Positions 9,989-19,860 of a DNA stretch of 64,000 nucleotides are shown in pieces (position 1 is the first letter of the stretch; every line of letters begins with the position of its first letter). Below the pieces are notes generated by a model that saw only the letters and a list, made by a program, of their open reading frames with translations, was not told the origin of the DNA and searched no databases. The translations under genes and the position numbers were made by a program. The stretch comes from an uncultured Planctomycetaceae bacterium (GTDB lineage Bacteria; Planctomycetota; Planctomycetia; Planctomycetales; Planctomycetaceae), in contig CAWFGE010000015.1 in NCBI GenBank assembly GCA_963815195.1, positions 640,001-704,000 on the forward strand. Direction: 5' to 3'.

Positions 9989-11343
9989 CAGGTGAGGAGT
10001 TCCGTAATCAATTCGCCGTCGCGGTTGATGCGAATCGGCCGGCCGTCGGGCGTGTGAAATTCGCGTTCGGGATCGATGCCCAGCAAATGATAGATCGTAT
10101 GGGCGAGGTCGGCGGGCGTCACCGGCCGGTTTTTGGGGCTTTCGCCGGTTTTGTCACTGGCCCCGATGACTTGCCCGCCCCGCACGCCGCCGCCCGCCAA
10201 CAGCACGCTGAATACCCGCGGCCAGTGGTCGCGGCCCGCGGACGTGTTGAGCTTGGGCGTCCGGCCGAATTCGCCCATCACCAACACCAGCGTACTCTGG
10301 AGCAGTTCTCTCGCTTTGAGGTCCTCCAAGAGCGCGGCGAGCGCGGTATCGAGAGAAGGAATCAAACCCACCGGAACCTTCGCGCCGGTGAAGCCGTCTT
10401 TCAAGCGGGTCACGAGATCCTGGTGCGTGTCCCAGCCGCGGTTGTTGACGGTGACGAACGGCACGCCGCGTTCGATCAGCCGGCGGGCCAACAGGCAGCT
10501 TTGGCCGATGGTTTTCCGCCCGTAGCGATCGCGGACGGCCGGCGGCTCTTCCTTCAAATCGAACGCCCGCTTCGCGTCCGGGGAATTGACGAGCCGAAAC
10601 GCCTGCTCAAACTCGGACGATTCGGGCGGCGATTTCGTTTCGTTGAGGCTGCGGTTCCAACGGTCGAGTTCCGAGACGAACTCTTGCCGGCGGCGGATTC
10701 GCGCGGCGGAAAGACCCGGAGCGAACTCCAGATCGCGGACTTCAAAATCCGCCCGTGCGGGATCGCCGCCGATGGAAAACGGAGCCGCGGTTGCGGGAAG
10801 AAATCCCTGCCCGCTCAGCCGGCCGCCGCCCACGCGAAAATCGGGCATGGCAATGAAGTGTGGCAGCACGGGCTTTTGCGTTTGCAGATGGCTGAGCACC
10901 GCGCCGTAGGTCGGGTATTCGATCACCGGCGTGGGGCGATAGCCGGTAAGCATGTACTGGGTGCCGAAGTTGTGTTCGCCGAGCGGGGACGTGACCGACC
11001 GCACAATCGCCAGGTCGTTCATGCGGGCGGCGGTTTGGGGCAGAAGCTCGCATACCGCGACGCCGGGCACGGCGGAAGAAATCGTCCCGAACGGGCCGCG
11101 GACTTCGCGGGGGGCGTCGGGTTTGGGATCGAACGTCTCCAGATGGCTTGGCCCGCCGTCGAGCCAAATCAAAATGCAAGACCGCAGCGTTCGGGCGGGC
11201 GAATTCCCCTCGGCCCCTTTGAGAGACTGATGGCGAAACCAACCCGGGAGCGACAATCCCAAGGTTGTCAGACTCCCGACGGTCAACACATCCCGCCGGG
11301 TGGCCAGGCGGCCGCGTTCAAAAGAATTCAGAGGGTTTAACAT
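9988..11343 (-). CDS. DUF1501 domain protein (Tat-like signal)
   Basis: TRRDVL; WLDGGPSHLETFDPKP; GWDTH; MGEFGRTP; GRDHWP. Confidence 0.93.
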   Translation of the reverse strand: MLNPLNSFERGRLATRRDVLTVGSLTTLGLSLPGWFRHQSLKGAEGNSPARTLRSCILIWLDGGPSHLETFDPKPDAPREVRGPFGTISSAVPGVAVCELLPQTAARMNDLAIVRSVTSPLGEHNFGTQYMLTGYRPTPVIEYPTYGAVLSHLQTQKPVLPHFIAMPDFRVGGGRLSGQGFLPATAAPFSIGGDPARADFEVRDLEFAPGLSAARIRRRQEFVSELDRWNRSLNETKSPPESSEFEQAFRLVNSPDAKRAFDLKEEPPAVRDRYGRKTIGQSCLLARRLIERGVPFVTVNNRGWDTHQDLVTRLKDGFTGAKVPVGLIPSLDTALAALLEDLKARELLQSTLVLVMGEFGRTPKLNTSAGRDHWPRVFSVLLAGGGVRGGQVIGASDKTGESPKNRPVTPADLAHTIYHLLGIDPEREFHTPDGRPIRINRDGELITELLT

Positions 11344-11387
11344 GTCTCACCTCGGTCGTGGGAGATGATCCCTTGAGAAAGTCCCGG

Positions 11388-13532
11388 TCAATGATTCGTC
11401 GTGAATTCTTTCGAGGTCAACAGGCCCCACAGGAAATCTTCCATCACCGCCTCGCGCGATTCGTGTTCGGGAACCGCGGCGAACTGTTTGAGCCAAAACC
11501 TTTTTTCCTTCGGAGCCGGCACGCGGGCGAAAGCGCGGAGATAGAACTCGTTCAAGATGTCTTCATCGCCGGCGCCGGACTTTATGAGCAAATGCAAGCG
11601 GCCGTTTTGGGCGGCGAGTTTCTTGTTGAGGATGCCGCCGTTTAAGACGTGCAGCTTGGCGGCGAGGCTGGCGGTGTCGCCGGCGTTTGTCGAGGTTTCG
11701 CAATCTCCGCCGCGCTCGCAGCGGCCGAGCACGTCGAGGGCGCGGGATTCGATGTGCGGCGACACCAACGCGATGGCCCGCGTGCCGGGGGCGGTCTCGG
11801 GATAAGTTTCGGGACGGCCGGTCACGTCGGACCAGGCATCGACCAGAACCTCGGCCGCAAGCTTTCGCGGGGCTTGATGCGAATAGAACCGCTCATCCTG
11901 TCGATTGATTCCTGAAGGCTGAGAGCTGCGCTGGTAAGTTCGGCTGAGAGCGATCCGCCGCAGCGTGTGCCGGAGGTCGAACCCGTGGTCTGCAAAATCC
12001 GCGGCGAGGCGGTCGAGCAACTCGGGATGCGTGCTGGGGTTGGTCTGGCTGAGATCATCCGTCGGATCGACCAGGCCCCGGCCGAACATGGCCTGCCACA
12101 ACCGATTGACCAGCGCCCGGCTGAAATACGGATTGCCGGCGTCCGTCAACCACTTGGCCACGGGTTCGCGCAAATCTTCCTCGGCGGCCAGATCGCGGAC
12201 GCCGGGGATTCGCGGGACCGCCGGGTCGCCGGTTTTGGGATGAATCACATTCCCGAAGGCTTTCTGGCGAATCACCCGCCCGCGGTCCACCCGCGCGAAC
12301 ACCGCCGCGAAGCCGTGGTAGTCGTCCTGGGTCCAACGGTCCAAAGGGTGGTTGTGACAATTCGCGCAGCGGAGCCTCACGCCCAAAAACGCCTGGCTGA
12401 CGTACTCCGCCTGTCCCCGCGCATCGCCCGCCACGAGATAAAAATTCGCCGGCCCATATTCCAGCGGATCGCCATTCGCGGTGAGAAGCTCGCGGGCCAT
12501 TTCGTTCAACGGCCTTCGCGCCGCAATCTGGTCCCGCAGCCAGGCATGAAACACCTTGGCGTGTTCGAGTCCGCCCTTCGGCCCGCCCACCCGCAACAGC
12601 TCCGCCAGCCGAAACGTCCAATACTCGTTAAACGCCTCGGAATTGAGCAATTCCTCCACCAGTGCGCCACGCAGCCTTTCCGATTGTTCGGGCGATTGCC
12701 GCTCGGCTTTGAGGAACCGCGTCACCGTCTTCGGATCGGGAAGCCGGCCCGTGAGATCCAAGGTCACCCGCCGGATAAACGTGGCGGTATCCGCCGGCGG
12801 CGAGACCGGCAGGCGAAGATCGCCGAGCCGCTCGAGCACCGCTTCATCGATAAAGTTCTCGCGCGGCTCCCCGGGGAATTCCACCGGTTCATCGCCATAC
12901 GGGACGAGAACCTCAACGGGGACCACGCGGCTCAAGAAGCGGGCGATGATGATGTGCTGTCCCGGGCGCTGAATCGTGGCGGCATGGGTCACGGGATCGA
13001 TGGCGACCGCCGAGGGATCGGCGGGTTTCCACACAGTCCAGCGGGTGACATCCAGGAGGTTCTCGTTATCAAAGGCCGCTTGAGCGCGGAGCGGAATCGA
13101 TTCGCCGGCTTCGACGACCTGCGTTTCGGGGGTGACGACAAGCTCCCGCAGCTTGCGAGGATCGCCGCGCAGCGCACCGGCGGCGATCCAGTTTCGCAAC
13201 CGCTCGGCTCCCTCGGAATCGGCCGGCAGCGGGATGCCGCCTTCGTGGCCGGTTTCGCCCGTCGGTTTGCGGAGGATCAAACTTTGTTCGGGATGGGCGA
13301 GATTCACCCGCCGGCCTTCGAACTCGTGGACGATCGCTGCATAATCCGCCGACGGATCGCTGCCCCACAGCGACAAATGGAATCCCCCGCGCCCGGCCGC
13401 GGCTCCGTGGCAGGAACCGGCATTGCAGCCGGCTTTCGTCAACGCCGGCAGCACTTCCGTGTCAAAATGGGGCGCACCGGCCGGCGGAGAAGCCAAGGCC
13501 GAAATGGCAATCAGCGAGAAAGAAATCGACAT
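11388..13532 (-). CDS. DUF1549/DUF1553 (PSCyt2/PSD1) domain protein with Ig-like domain
   Basis: GCNAGSCHG; FIRRVTLDLTGRLP; CANCHNHP; NRLWQAMFGRGLV. Confidence 0.93.
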   Translation of the reverse strand: MSISFSLIAISALASPPAGAPHFDTEVLPALTKAGCNAGSCHGAAAGRGGFHLSLWGSDPSADYAAIVHEFEGRRVNLAHPEQSLILRKPTGETGHEGGIPLPADSEGAERLRNWIAAGALRGDPRKLRELVVTPETQVVEAGESIPLRAQAAFDNENLLDVTRWTVWKPADPSAVAIDPVTHAATIQRPGQHIIIARFLSRVVPVEVLVPYGDEPVEFPGEPRENFIDEAVLERLGDLRLPVSPPADTATFIRRVTLDLTGRLPDPKTVTRFLKAERQSPEQSERLRGALVEELLNSEAFNEYWTFRLAELLRVGGPKGGLEHAKVFHAWLRDQIAARRPLNEMARELLTANGDPLEYGPANFYLVAGDARGQAEYVSQAFLGVRLRCANCHNHPLDRWTQDDYHGFAAVFARVDRGRVIRQKAFGNVIHPKTGDPAVPRIPGVRDLAAEEDLREPVAKWLTDAGNPYFSRALVNRLWQAMFGRGLVDPTDDLSQTNPSTHPELLDRLAADFADHGFDLRHTLRRIALSRTYQRSSQPSGINRQDERFYSHQAPRKLAAEVLVDAWSDVTGRPETYPETAPGTRAIALVSPHIESRALDVLGRCERGGDCETSTNAGDTASLAAKLHVLNGGILNKKLAAQNGRLHLLIKSGAGDEDILNEFYLRAFARVPAPKEKRFWLKQFAAVPEHESREAVMEDFLWGLLTSKEFTTNH

Positions 13533-13565
13533 CGTCTGGCTCGCAAACAGATTGGACGGAAGGCA

Positions 13566-14495
13566 TCAATCGCGGGACTGGCCGGGTCTCTGTTTCGGGG
13601 CATCGGCGGCGGGACGGGGCGTATCTTTGGGTCCATACGTTTTGCCCCATTCGCGGAGAGACTCTCGGGCTTTCGCCGTTCCGTAGTTGGACAGTTTATT
13701 CGCCGCTTCAATCCGCGAGATGATCGATCCCAATTGGGCCTGTGCGGCGGGTTTGTCTTTGATGTAGTCCTCGATTTGCCCGGCGATCTTTTTCACCTCT
13801 TCGTTGCTGGCATCCTTTTGAATGAACTGCCGCAAGAGGCCCGTGAGTTTTTCATCGTTGGCGTTTTGGCGAGGTGCCCGCTGCCGATTCCGCATGGCTT
13901 GGGGCTGGAGGTCGGCGAGTTTGGGGAGTTCGCCGCCCGCCGCCGCGACGACGGCTTTCATGATCTTGGGAAAATCCGCTTCCAGGCTCGGCTGCACGAG
14001 GGCGAAGTTCGCCGTCACGCGGCTTTTATCGGCGACGAGGATCGTCATCGTCACATTGCGGTTGAGGCCGTAGGCTCCGGGGCCTTCAATGCCGTCGGGA
14101 CTGTAAACCACGGGCATCCGCTTGGTCTGGGGGAAATACTTTTCGACCACGGAAAGCCAGTTTTCGGTTTCGGTGGGATCTGCAGAGAGCCAGATGATGC
14201 CCCCGGTGAGTTTGTCGTCTTTGCGTTTGGAGACATAGGTCATCAGAACGCGGGCCAGACCGAAAGCCGGCCGCGTCCGCTTGTGCAGAAACACCAACAG
14301 CCGGGGCCCTTCGCCCGCCGCCTTGTTGAGGTCCCATATCTTCCCGGCATCCTCGCCGTAGACGCCTTTGACGGAAAGTGGGGCCAACGCTTCGCCCGCT
14401 TGCGGGCCGGAGAAGATTTTTTGTTCGGCTTCTTCCGCCCGAATGGATGAAACCAAAATCCCCGTGAGCAACACGGAAAGGGTCAGTCTCCGCAT
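13566..14495 (-). CDS. secreted hypothetical protein (possibly thioredoxin-like fold)
   Basis: Signal peptide; FSGPQAGE start typical of planctomycete proteins; first gene of the co-oriented DUF1549 cluster. Confidence 0.7.
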   Translation of the reverse strand: MRRLTLSVLLTGILVSSIRAEEAEQKIFSGPQAGEALAPLSVKGVYGEDAGKIWDLNKAAGEGPRLLVFLHKRTRPAFGLARVLMTYVSKRKDDKLTGGIIWLSADPTETENWLSVVEKYFPQTKRMPVVYSPDGIEGPGAYGLNRNVTMTILVADKSRVTANFALVQPSLEADFPKIMKAVVAAAGGELPKLADLQPQAMRNRQRAPRQNANDEKLTGLLRQFIQKDASNEEVKKIAGQIEDYIKDKPAAQAQLGSIISRIEAANKLSNYGTAKARESLREWGKTYGPKDTPRPAADAPKQRPGQSRD

Positions 14496-14565
14496 GATGG
14501 CACCCCATGAAAAAATTGACGCCGAACTCGGTAAGACGTGAAGATTCAATATAGCACGATCGCAC

Positions 14566-15268
14566 TTATTTCGCGAGATCACGGCCGGCGGCTTGCTGCA
14601 TGCCTTCCTTGAGGAACTCGTTGACGATCTGCGGATGGGTCAAGGGCAAGAGATGCCCGCCGCCGGGCACGACGACCTCCGCGAGGCTCCGGCGGGAATG
14701 AAACACCGGATCGCGGTCGCCGTGGATTTGGAAGACCGGAAACGGCCACGGTTCGCGGGGCGGGGTCCAACGCAAGGCCGCCACGCCCGCCCAGCGGTGA
14801 AACGCCCCGGCCTCCTCGGCAATCACCCGGAGCGGGCTGAGCACGTTGGGCCGAAAAATCCGTCCGGAAACAGCCAAGGCCCCCCGCGCGAAAAGTTGCG
14901 AGACCTCCACGCAGATGCCGGGAATCGTCCGGGCGAACGGCGTCAGGCAGCGATACCGCCAGGGCAGTTCCCGCCGCGAGCGAATCGAACTGATGAGAAA
15001 GCAGCCCTTCGCGGGCAGATGCCGGGCGACTTCGAGCGCGACCATCCCGCCGAACGACGCCCCGCCGACGAAGCAGGGCTCGGTCACCTGAAGCGACTCC
15101 GCCATCCGTTTCCCATACGCCGACAGAGTTTCCCGCGGTCTCGGGCGGGAGCCACTCGGGCACGATGAGATTCGGGAACTGCATCGCCTGCAAACTAAAC
15201 AACCGCGCATCCGCCCCCATGCCGGAAAACAAAATCAAAGGAGCCGAGATGGAATCGCGAGGGGACAT
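14566..15268 (-). CDS. alpha/beta hydrolase (frameshift near 15135)
   Basis: LILFSGMGADARLF in one frame; GASFGG nucleophile elbow, IHGDRD and GGGH in the next. Confidence 0.85.
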
Positions 15269-15317
15269 GATGGAGTGGGAAGGTAAGTTCTCTTATGGTA
15301 AAGTCTGGGGGGGGAAC

Positions 15318-15375
15318 GCAGCGGCGGCATCTTGCCGCCGTTTGGTCCATCTCGGCGGTTCGAAGCCGCCGCTAC
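15318..15375. repeat. GTAG-type REP-like doublet
   Basis: GCAGCGGCGGCATCTTGCCGCCG and, on the reverse strand, GTAGCGGCGGCTTCGAACCGCCG. Confidence 0.55.
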
Positions 15376-15431
15376 CGTCAAACGTTAATCTCTCAATCCT
15401 TCCTGAATCGATCAATCCTGGTGAGAGTCTT

Positions 15432-16454
15432 ATGACAGATCGCAGCCTTTATGCTGGTCTTTTTTCCCTCATCTTTGTTGGCTCCTCAACATTATCCGCG
15501 GCCGATTATACCGTGACGGAAACCGACGAGAAAATCCATCTCGATCTTCCGAAACTGGAAGCGACCATCAACAAGACCGGCTATGTATCGGGCGTGGCCA
15601 AACAGTCGTTTTTGGACAAGAAGACAGGAGTCCGCGATCCCGGCTTCGGGTTGGACATCGTCGATTGGATCATGGAGCCCGGCAGCGACGAGGCCTACCG
15701 CGACCAGCTCGATCCCGAACTCGTCTATCAATTCAACAACAGCTATCACGGCAGCCGGGCGAAACGGTCCATCGAAGGCCCGCAAATCTGCACGAAGGCC
15801 AAGCGGATTCAAAGCCAAGTCATCCAGGGCAAGGACTTCGTCGCGGTGAAGCTCTGGTTCCACTACCTGACGGCCGCTCCCGGAAAGAAGGCCGGTTCGC
15901 TGTGGACGCAGTGGCTCGTGTTTCCCGACGACACGCGGTATTTCTTTTCGATGGACCGCATCGATGCCGTCAACAGCAGCGAAGCCATGTTCCTCCGCAC
16001 GGACCTGCCGGGCCATATCAAGCACGCAAAAGGCGACTCCTTTACGCAGATCTATTTGAGCTATCTCGGCAAGATTCCTTCCAACAAGTTTCTGGAAAAC
16101 TTCGCCCCCGACGAAAAGTTCCATTACGTGCGAAACGACAAATCCATTCCGGAGCGGATGATCCGGGCGTACGAGCTCCGCGATCCGAAAACAAAAAAAA
16201 CCGGCCCCTGGCTCGCGGGCATGACACTCGATCCCGGAATTGTTTCCGAAGCCTGGTGCCATCAGCGCGGCTATGTGTGCATGATCCAGGAATTCGGCGG
16301 CCGCCCGATCAAAGCCGGCGAATCGTTTCAGGCGGCTTACATCATCGGCTATTTCGACAGCATCGACGAGATGCAGAAAGTCTATGACCGCTATAAAGGC
16401 GCGGTCGGACTCGAGGTGACAAAAGACGGCTGGAAATTGGTGAAAAAGCCCTGA
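15432..16454 (+). CDS. secreted hypothetical protein
   Basis: 340-aa ORF with signal peptide (LSA|ADY) and genome-like codon usage; no family recognised. Confidence 0.75.
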   Translation: MTDRSLYAGLFSLIFVGSSTLSAADYTVTETDEKIHLDLPKLEATINKTGYVSGVAKQSFLDKKTGVRDPGFGLDIVDWIMEPGSDEAYRDQLDPELVYQFNNSYHGSRAKRSIEGPQICTKAKRIQSQVIQGKDFVAVKLWFHYLTAAPGKKAGSLWTQWLVFPDDTRYFFSMDRIDAVNSSEAMFLRTDLPGHIKHAKGDSFTQIYLSYLGKIPSNKFLENFAPDEKFHYVRNDKSIPERMIRAYELRDPKTKKTGPWLAGMTLDPGIVSEAWCHQRGYVCMIQEFGGRPIKAGESFQAAYIIGYFDSIDEMQKVYDRYKGAVGLEVTKDGWKLVKKP

Positions 16455-17253
16455 AAGAGCGGATTCGTGAGCGGTTGGCGCTAGCCGCCGGCCTTCGTTT
16501 GGGTGGCATGCTCATGGCTTTTGCATGAGCATGTCCTGGGATTCGAGAGAATCCCCGCTCCCTTACCCACTTGGAGGCTGACCGCGTCCGCTGTAGGAGT
16601 TTTTCCCAAATCCCTGCAGGAACAAGAGAAGTCTCCGCCGCGGGAGAGGAATCCGGAGGCTTGAGCTGGGTCGGAGAATGCGAACCAAAGCGCCATCCGA
16701 CAGATCCCAAAATCTGCCCCGCCGATTCGCCAGGCTTCCCAGGCTTCGCAACCGGATGCGGGATTTACCGGTTGTGCTGGTTGCGCTTCCGCAACCGTTC
16801 TCCCAGTTTTCCCAAGCGGAACGTTCCGGAAAATCGGACGAATAATTGACGTAACTATTCTAAGATTTCCCGGCCCGTGATGCTCAAGGGGTCTTCAAAG
16901 TCCCGCCGATACCTTCCATCAGCCCTGCATAATCCGTTTGAGCGGGGCAACACTTTCAAGTCACCAACCGGCGGTTATTGGACGAGCGAATGGAACGCGG
17001 ACGGACCGCAAATCGCGACTCCCGCCGGATGTGGAAGTCTCGGCCAACGAGGCGAAAACGTTTTCGCCGTCCGGCTGACACCGAATCGTGGGTTCATTAG
17101 CGAACCGAAGCGGTGCGTATTGCGGGCGGTCGGAGTGGAGCAAACCGCGGTATCCATGAAGATGCCGTCTTGCGAAACCACCGTAGCCCACGGTCGCGGA
17201 TTGGCCATTGACGGCCCTCGAAAAAAGGTCCCAAGGGAAGGAGACTTTAACCC

Positions 17254-19350
17254 ATGAAATGGATGAGAACCATGAGCCTGACTGCCGCTCTCTCGCTGGG
17301 ATTTGCCAGCGCGGTCTCGGCGGCGGGCTTGCTTGGCTCGATTTGCAATCAAAATACAGGTTGCGCGTCGCAGCCTTGCGGATCGGTGATTTCCAAGCCT
17401 TGCTGTGTCAACACCTACACCTATCAACGCCAGGCCGCGTGCAACGCGGGCTGCGGCACCAGTTGTGCCACCCAAACGAAAAGAAGCTGCAACATTTTCA
17501 ACTGCCTGTTTGGAAAGAAACGCAGGACCTCCTGCGGCGCGGCCGGTTGTGCAACGAACTCCGCGTGCGCTCCCGTGCAAAAGCCGCTGTGCAGCACGAA
17601 CGCCTGCGCGACGCAGCCCAAGAAATCGTGCGGCTTGTTCTCCTGCCTGATGGGCAAACACAAGCCCAACTGCGGAAGCACCGGCTGTGCGACCCAGTCC
17701 ACGAAGTCTTGGAACCTGTTTAACTGCTTCAAGCACAACAAACCCGCCTGCGGAAGCACCGGCTGCGCTCCCACGAGCGTGTGTGCTCCAATCAGCCGAC
17801 CGGCCTGCACGACCCCGGCCTGTGCCACCCAACCGAAATCGGGCGGTCTGTTTGACTGCTTCAAGCACAAATCCTCCGCTTGCGGAAGCACCTCCTGCGG
17901 TCCCGCCGGCTGTGCGACGCAACCGAAATCGGGCGGTCTGTTCGACTGCTTCAAGCACAAGTCTTCGGCTTGTGGAAGCACCGGCTGCGGCCCGACCGGC
18001 TGTGCCACCCAACCGAAATCGGGCGGACTGTTCGACTGCTTCAAGCACAAATCTTCCGCTTGCGGAAGCACCTCCTGCGGTCCCGCGGGCTGTGCGACGC
18101 AACCGAGATCGGGCGGTCTGTTCGACTGCTTCAAGCACAAATCTTCCGCTTGCGGAAGCACCTCCTGCGGTCCCGCGGGCTGTGCCACCCAACCGAAATC
18201 GGGCGGACTGTTCGACTGCTTCAAGCACAAGTCCTCCGCTTGCGGCAGCACCTCCTGCGGTCCCGCGGGCTGTGCGACGCAACCGAAATCGGGCGGACTG
18301 TTCGACTGCTTCAAGCACAAATCCTCCGCTTGCGGCAGCACGTCCTGCGGCCCGACCGGCTGTGCGACCCAGCCCAAATCGACTTGCAATCTGTTCGACT
18401 GCTTCAAGCACAAGTCGTCCGCTTGCGGCAGCACGTCCTGTGCTCCGATGGCGCAACCGGGCTGCACGACCTCGGCCTGTGCCACCCAACCGAAGTCTCA
18501 CGGCTTGTTCGATTGCTTCAAAGGCAAAGGCTCCCTGTGCGGAACCAAATCCTGCGGAAGCAACGCCGGCTGCGTAAACGGCGGCTGCGCCTCGGGCCAA
18601 TCCCGCGTGTGCGACGCCAATCCCTGCGACATCGCCCAACTGATCTACACCTCTCAAACCGCCTGCTATGCCTGGCAACGGCGGAGCGCGGTGGACGATC
18701 TGGGCGACTATGACGCGATCTGCAATCCCGAAGTGATGGTCGCGTTGATCTATGCCTTGAACGACTCTTCGGAAAAAGTTCGCTCGGAAGCCGCCGATGA
18801 AATCGGCGACCTGCTCGAGGACGGCAGAGCTTGCTGCAGCCCGCAAGTGGTCTCGGCGCTGACCTGTGCCCTCGGCGATTGCGACTGGTGCGTTCGCCGG
18901 CAAGCCAAAGAAGCCCTGGAAGAATGCGGATACGAAGTCGAAGGCGCCGGCTGCTCGCTGTGCTCGCTGTTCGGCGGAAACAAATGCGGCACGAGCTGCG
19001 GCGCGAGCGGTTGCGGCACGAGCGGTTGCGGCACGAGCGGCTGCGGCGCCCAATGCGGCACCGGCTGCACCAACGGCCAGCCGCCGATTCAGTATCAACC
19101 GGCTCCGACTCAACCGGCTCCGGCCCAGCCCCAAGCCCAACCGATGCCGAACGCTCAGCCCATGCCCAAGGCGAACCCGATGCCCAAGGTTCAACCGAAA
19201 CCGACGCCGGCTGTCAAGCCCGAAGCCAAAACCACGAGCATCCGGCCGCTGCCGCCGGCTCCGAGCAAAGACATCAGCACCGAATACTATCCTTCCCGCG
19301 TTGGCTCACGCCAAAACCGCTTGGAAGATTTGTTTAGTACTCCCAACTAA
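17254..19350 (+). CDS. secreted Cys-rich tandem-repeat protein with HEAT repeats and a Pro-rich tail
   Basis: AAGGAG RBS; signal peptide AVSA|A; six 30-aa repeats; ALNDSSEKVRSEAADEIG and ALGDCDWCVRRQAKEAL HEAT-like motifs. Confidence 0.85.
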   Translation: MKWMRTMSLTAALSLGFASAVSAAGLLGSICNQNTGCASQPCGSVISKPCCVNTYTYQRQAACNAGCGTSCATQTKRSCNIFNCLFGKKRRTSCGAAGCATNSACAPVQKPLCSTNACATQPKKSCGLFSCLMGKHKPNCGSTGCATQSTKSWNLFNCFKHNKPACGSTGCAPTSVCAPISRPACTTPACATQPKSGGLFDCFKHKSSACGSTSCGPAGCATQPKSGGLFDCFKHKSSACGSTGCGPTGCATQPKSGGLFDCFKHKSSACGSTSCGPAGCATQPRSGGLFDCFKHKSSACGSTSCGPAGCATQPKSGGLFDCFKHKSSACGSTSCGPAGCATQPKSGGLFDCFKHKSSACGSTSCGPTGCATQPKSTCNLFDCFKHKSSACGSTSCAPMAQPGCTTSACATQPKSHGLFDCFKGKGSLCGTKSCGSNAGCVNGGCASGQSRVCDANPCDIAQLIYTSQTACYAWQRRSAVDDLGDYDAICNPEVMVALIYALNDSSEKVRSEAADEIGDLLEDGRACCSPQVVSALTCALGDCDWCVRRQAKEALEECGYEVEGAGCSLCSLFGGNKCGTSCGASGCGTSGCGTSGCGAQCGTGCTNGQPPIQYQPAPTQPAPAQPQAQPMPNAQPMPKANPMPKVQPKPTPAVKPEAKTTSIRPLPPAPSKDISTEYYPSRVGSRQNRLEDLFSTPN
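17821..18360 (+). repeat. six tandem 90-bp coding repeats, with degenerate flanking copies
   Basis: Units start at 17821, 17911, 18001, 18091, 18181 and 18271; each encodes CATQPKSGGLFDCFKHKSSACGSTSCGPAG with minor variation. Confidence 0.95.
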
Positions 19351-19584
19351 CGCTCCACGGTTCTTGCCGGCCCTCGGCCCACCTGCCGAGGCGTCTGGGC
19401 AAGTTTTCCAACCCTCGAAGGCTCCCGGATTTCCGAATCCGGGAGCCGATTTTCGTTGTGGGAGGAGGGAGAATGTGCAAAAATCGCGAAACCAAGCCCC
19501 TCCGCATGGTTTTCATCCCGGGCCAGACCTGCTAAAACTTGCGGTTCGAAATCTTGAAGCGGTCCATCCTTCCGAGGTCGTCCC

Positions 19585-19770
19585 ATGGCTGTCCCTAAGC
19601 GTCGTCAATCCAAATCCCGGAGCCGAAAACGCCGGTCCCATAACCGCGTGGAAGCCCCGCAAGTCAGCGGCTGCCCGCAGTGCGGCACGAAACGCCCCAC
19701 CCACGTCGTCTGCCCGAACTGCGGCTTTTACATGGGCCGCATCCTCGCCCCGCCGATCGAAGAAGATTAG
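19585..19770 (+). CDS. rpmF: 50S ribosomal protein L32 (Zn-ribbon form)
   Basis: MAVPKRRQSKSRSRKRRSH...CPQC...HVVCPNCGFY. Confidence 0.97.
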   Translation: MAVPKRRQSKSRSRKRRSHNRVEAPQVSGCPQCGTKRPTHVVCPNCGFYMGRILAPPIEED

Positions 19771-19860
19771 GGATCACTCCATCGTCGCCTGGATGAGCCG
19801 CAGGGCGCTAGCCCCGGTTGATTGGAATAACCGGACCCGGTTCGCTCGATTCACGCCACG

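Noticed and set aside
11967..14450. 827-aa plus-strand ORF
   Set aside because: Antisense shadow of the DUF1549 gene and its neighbour in GC-rich DNA; no recognisable motifs
17821..18360. CRISPR array
   Set aside because: The 90-bp units are contiguous and in frame, with no unique spacers and mainly synonymous differences; no cas genes are present
16975..19194. 739-aa minus-strand repetitive ORF and other overlapping frames
   Set aside because: Shadow of the repeat gene; only the 17254 frame has an RBS, a signal peptide and a domain
17254..19350. Multi-core RiPP precursor (Cys/Ser/Thr-rich repeats)
   Set aside because: No YcaO, LanM, radical SAM maturase or peptidase/transporter nearby; the Sec signal and HEAT domain fit a structural protein better
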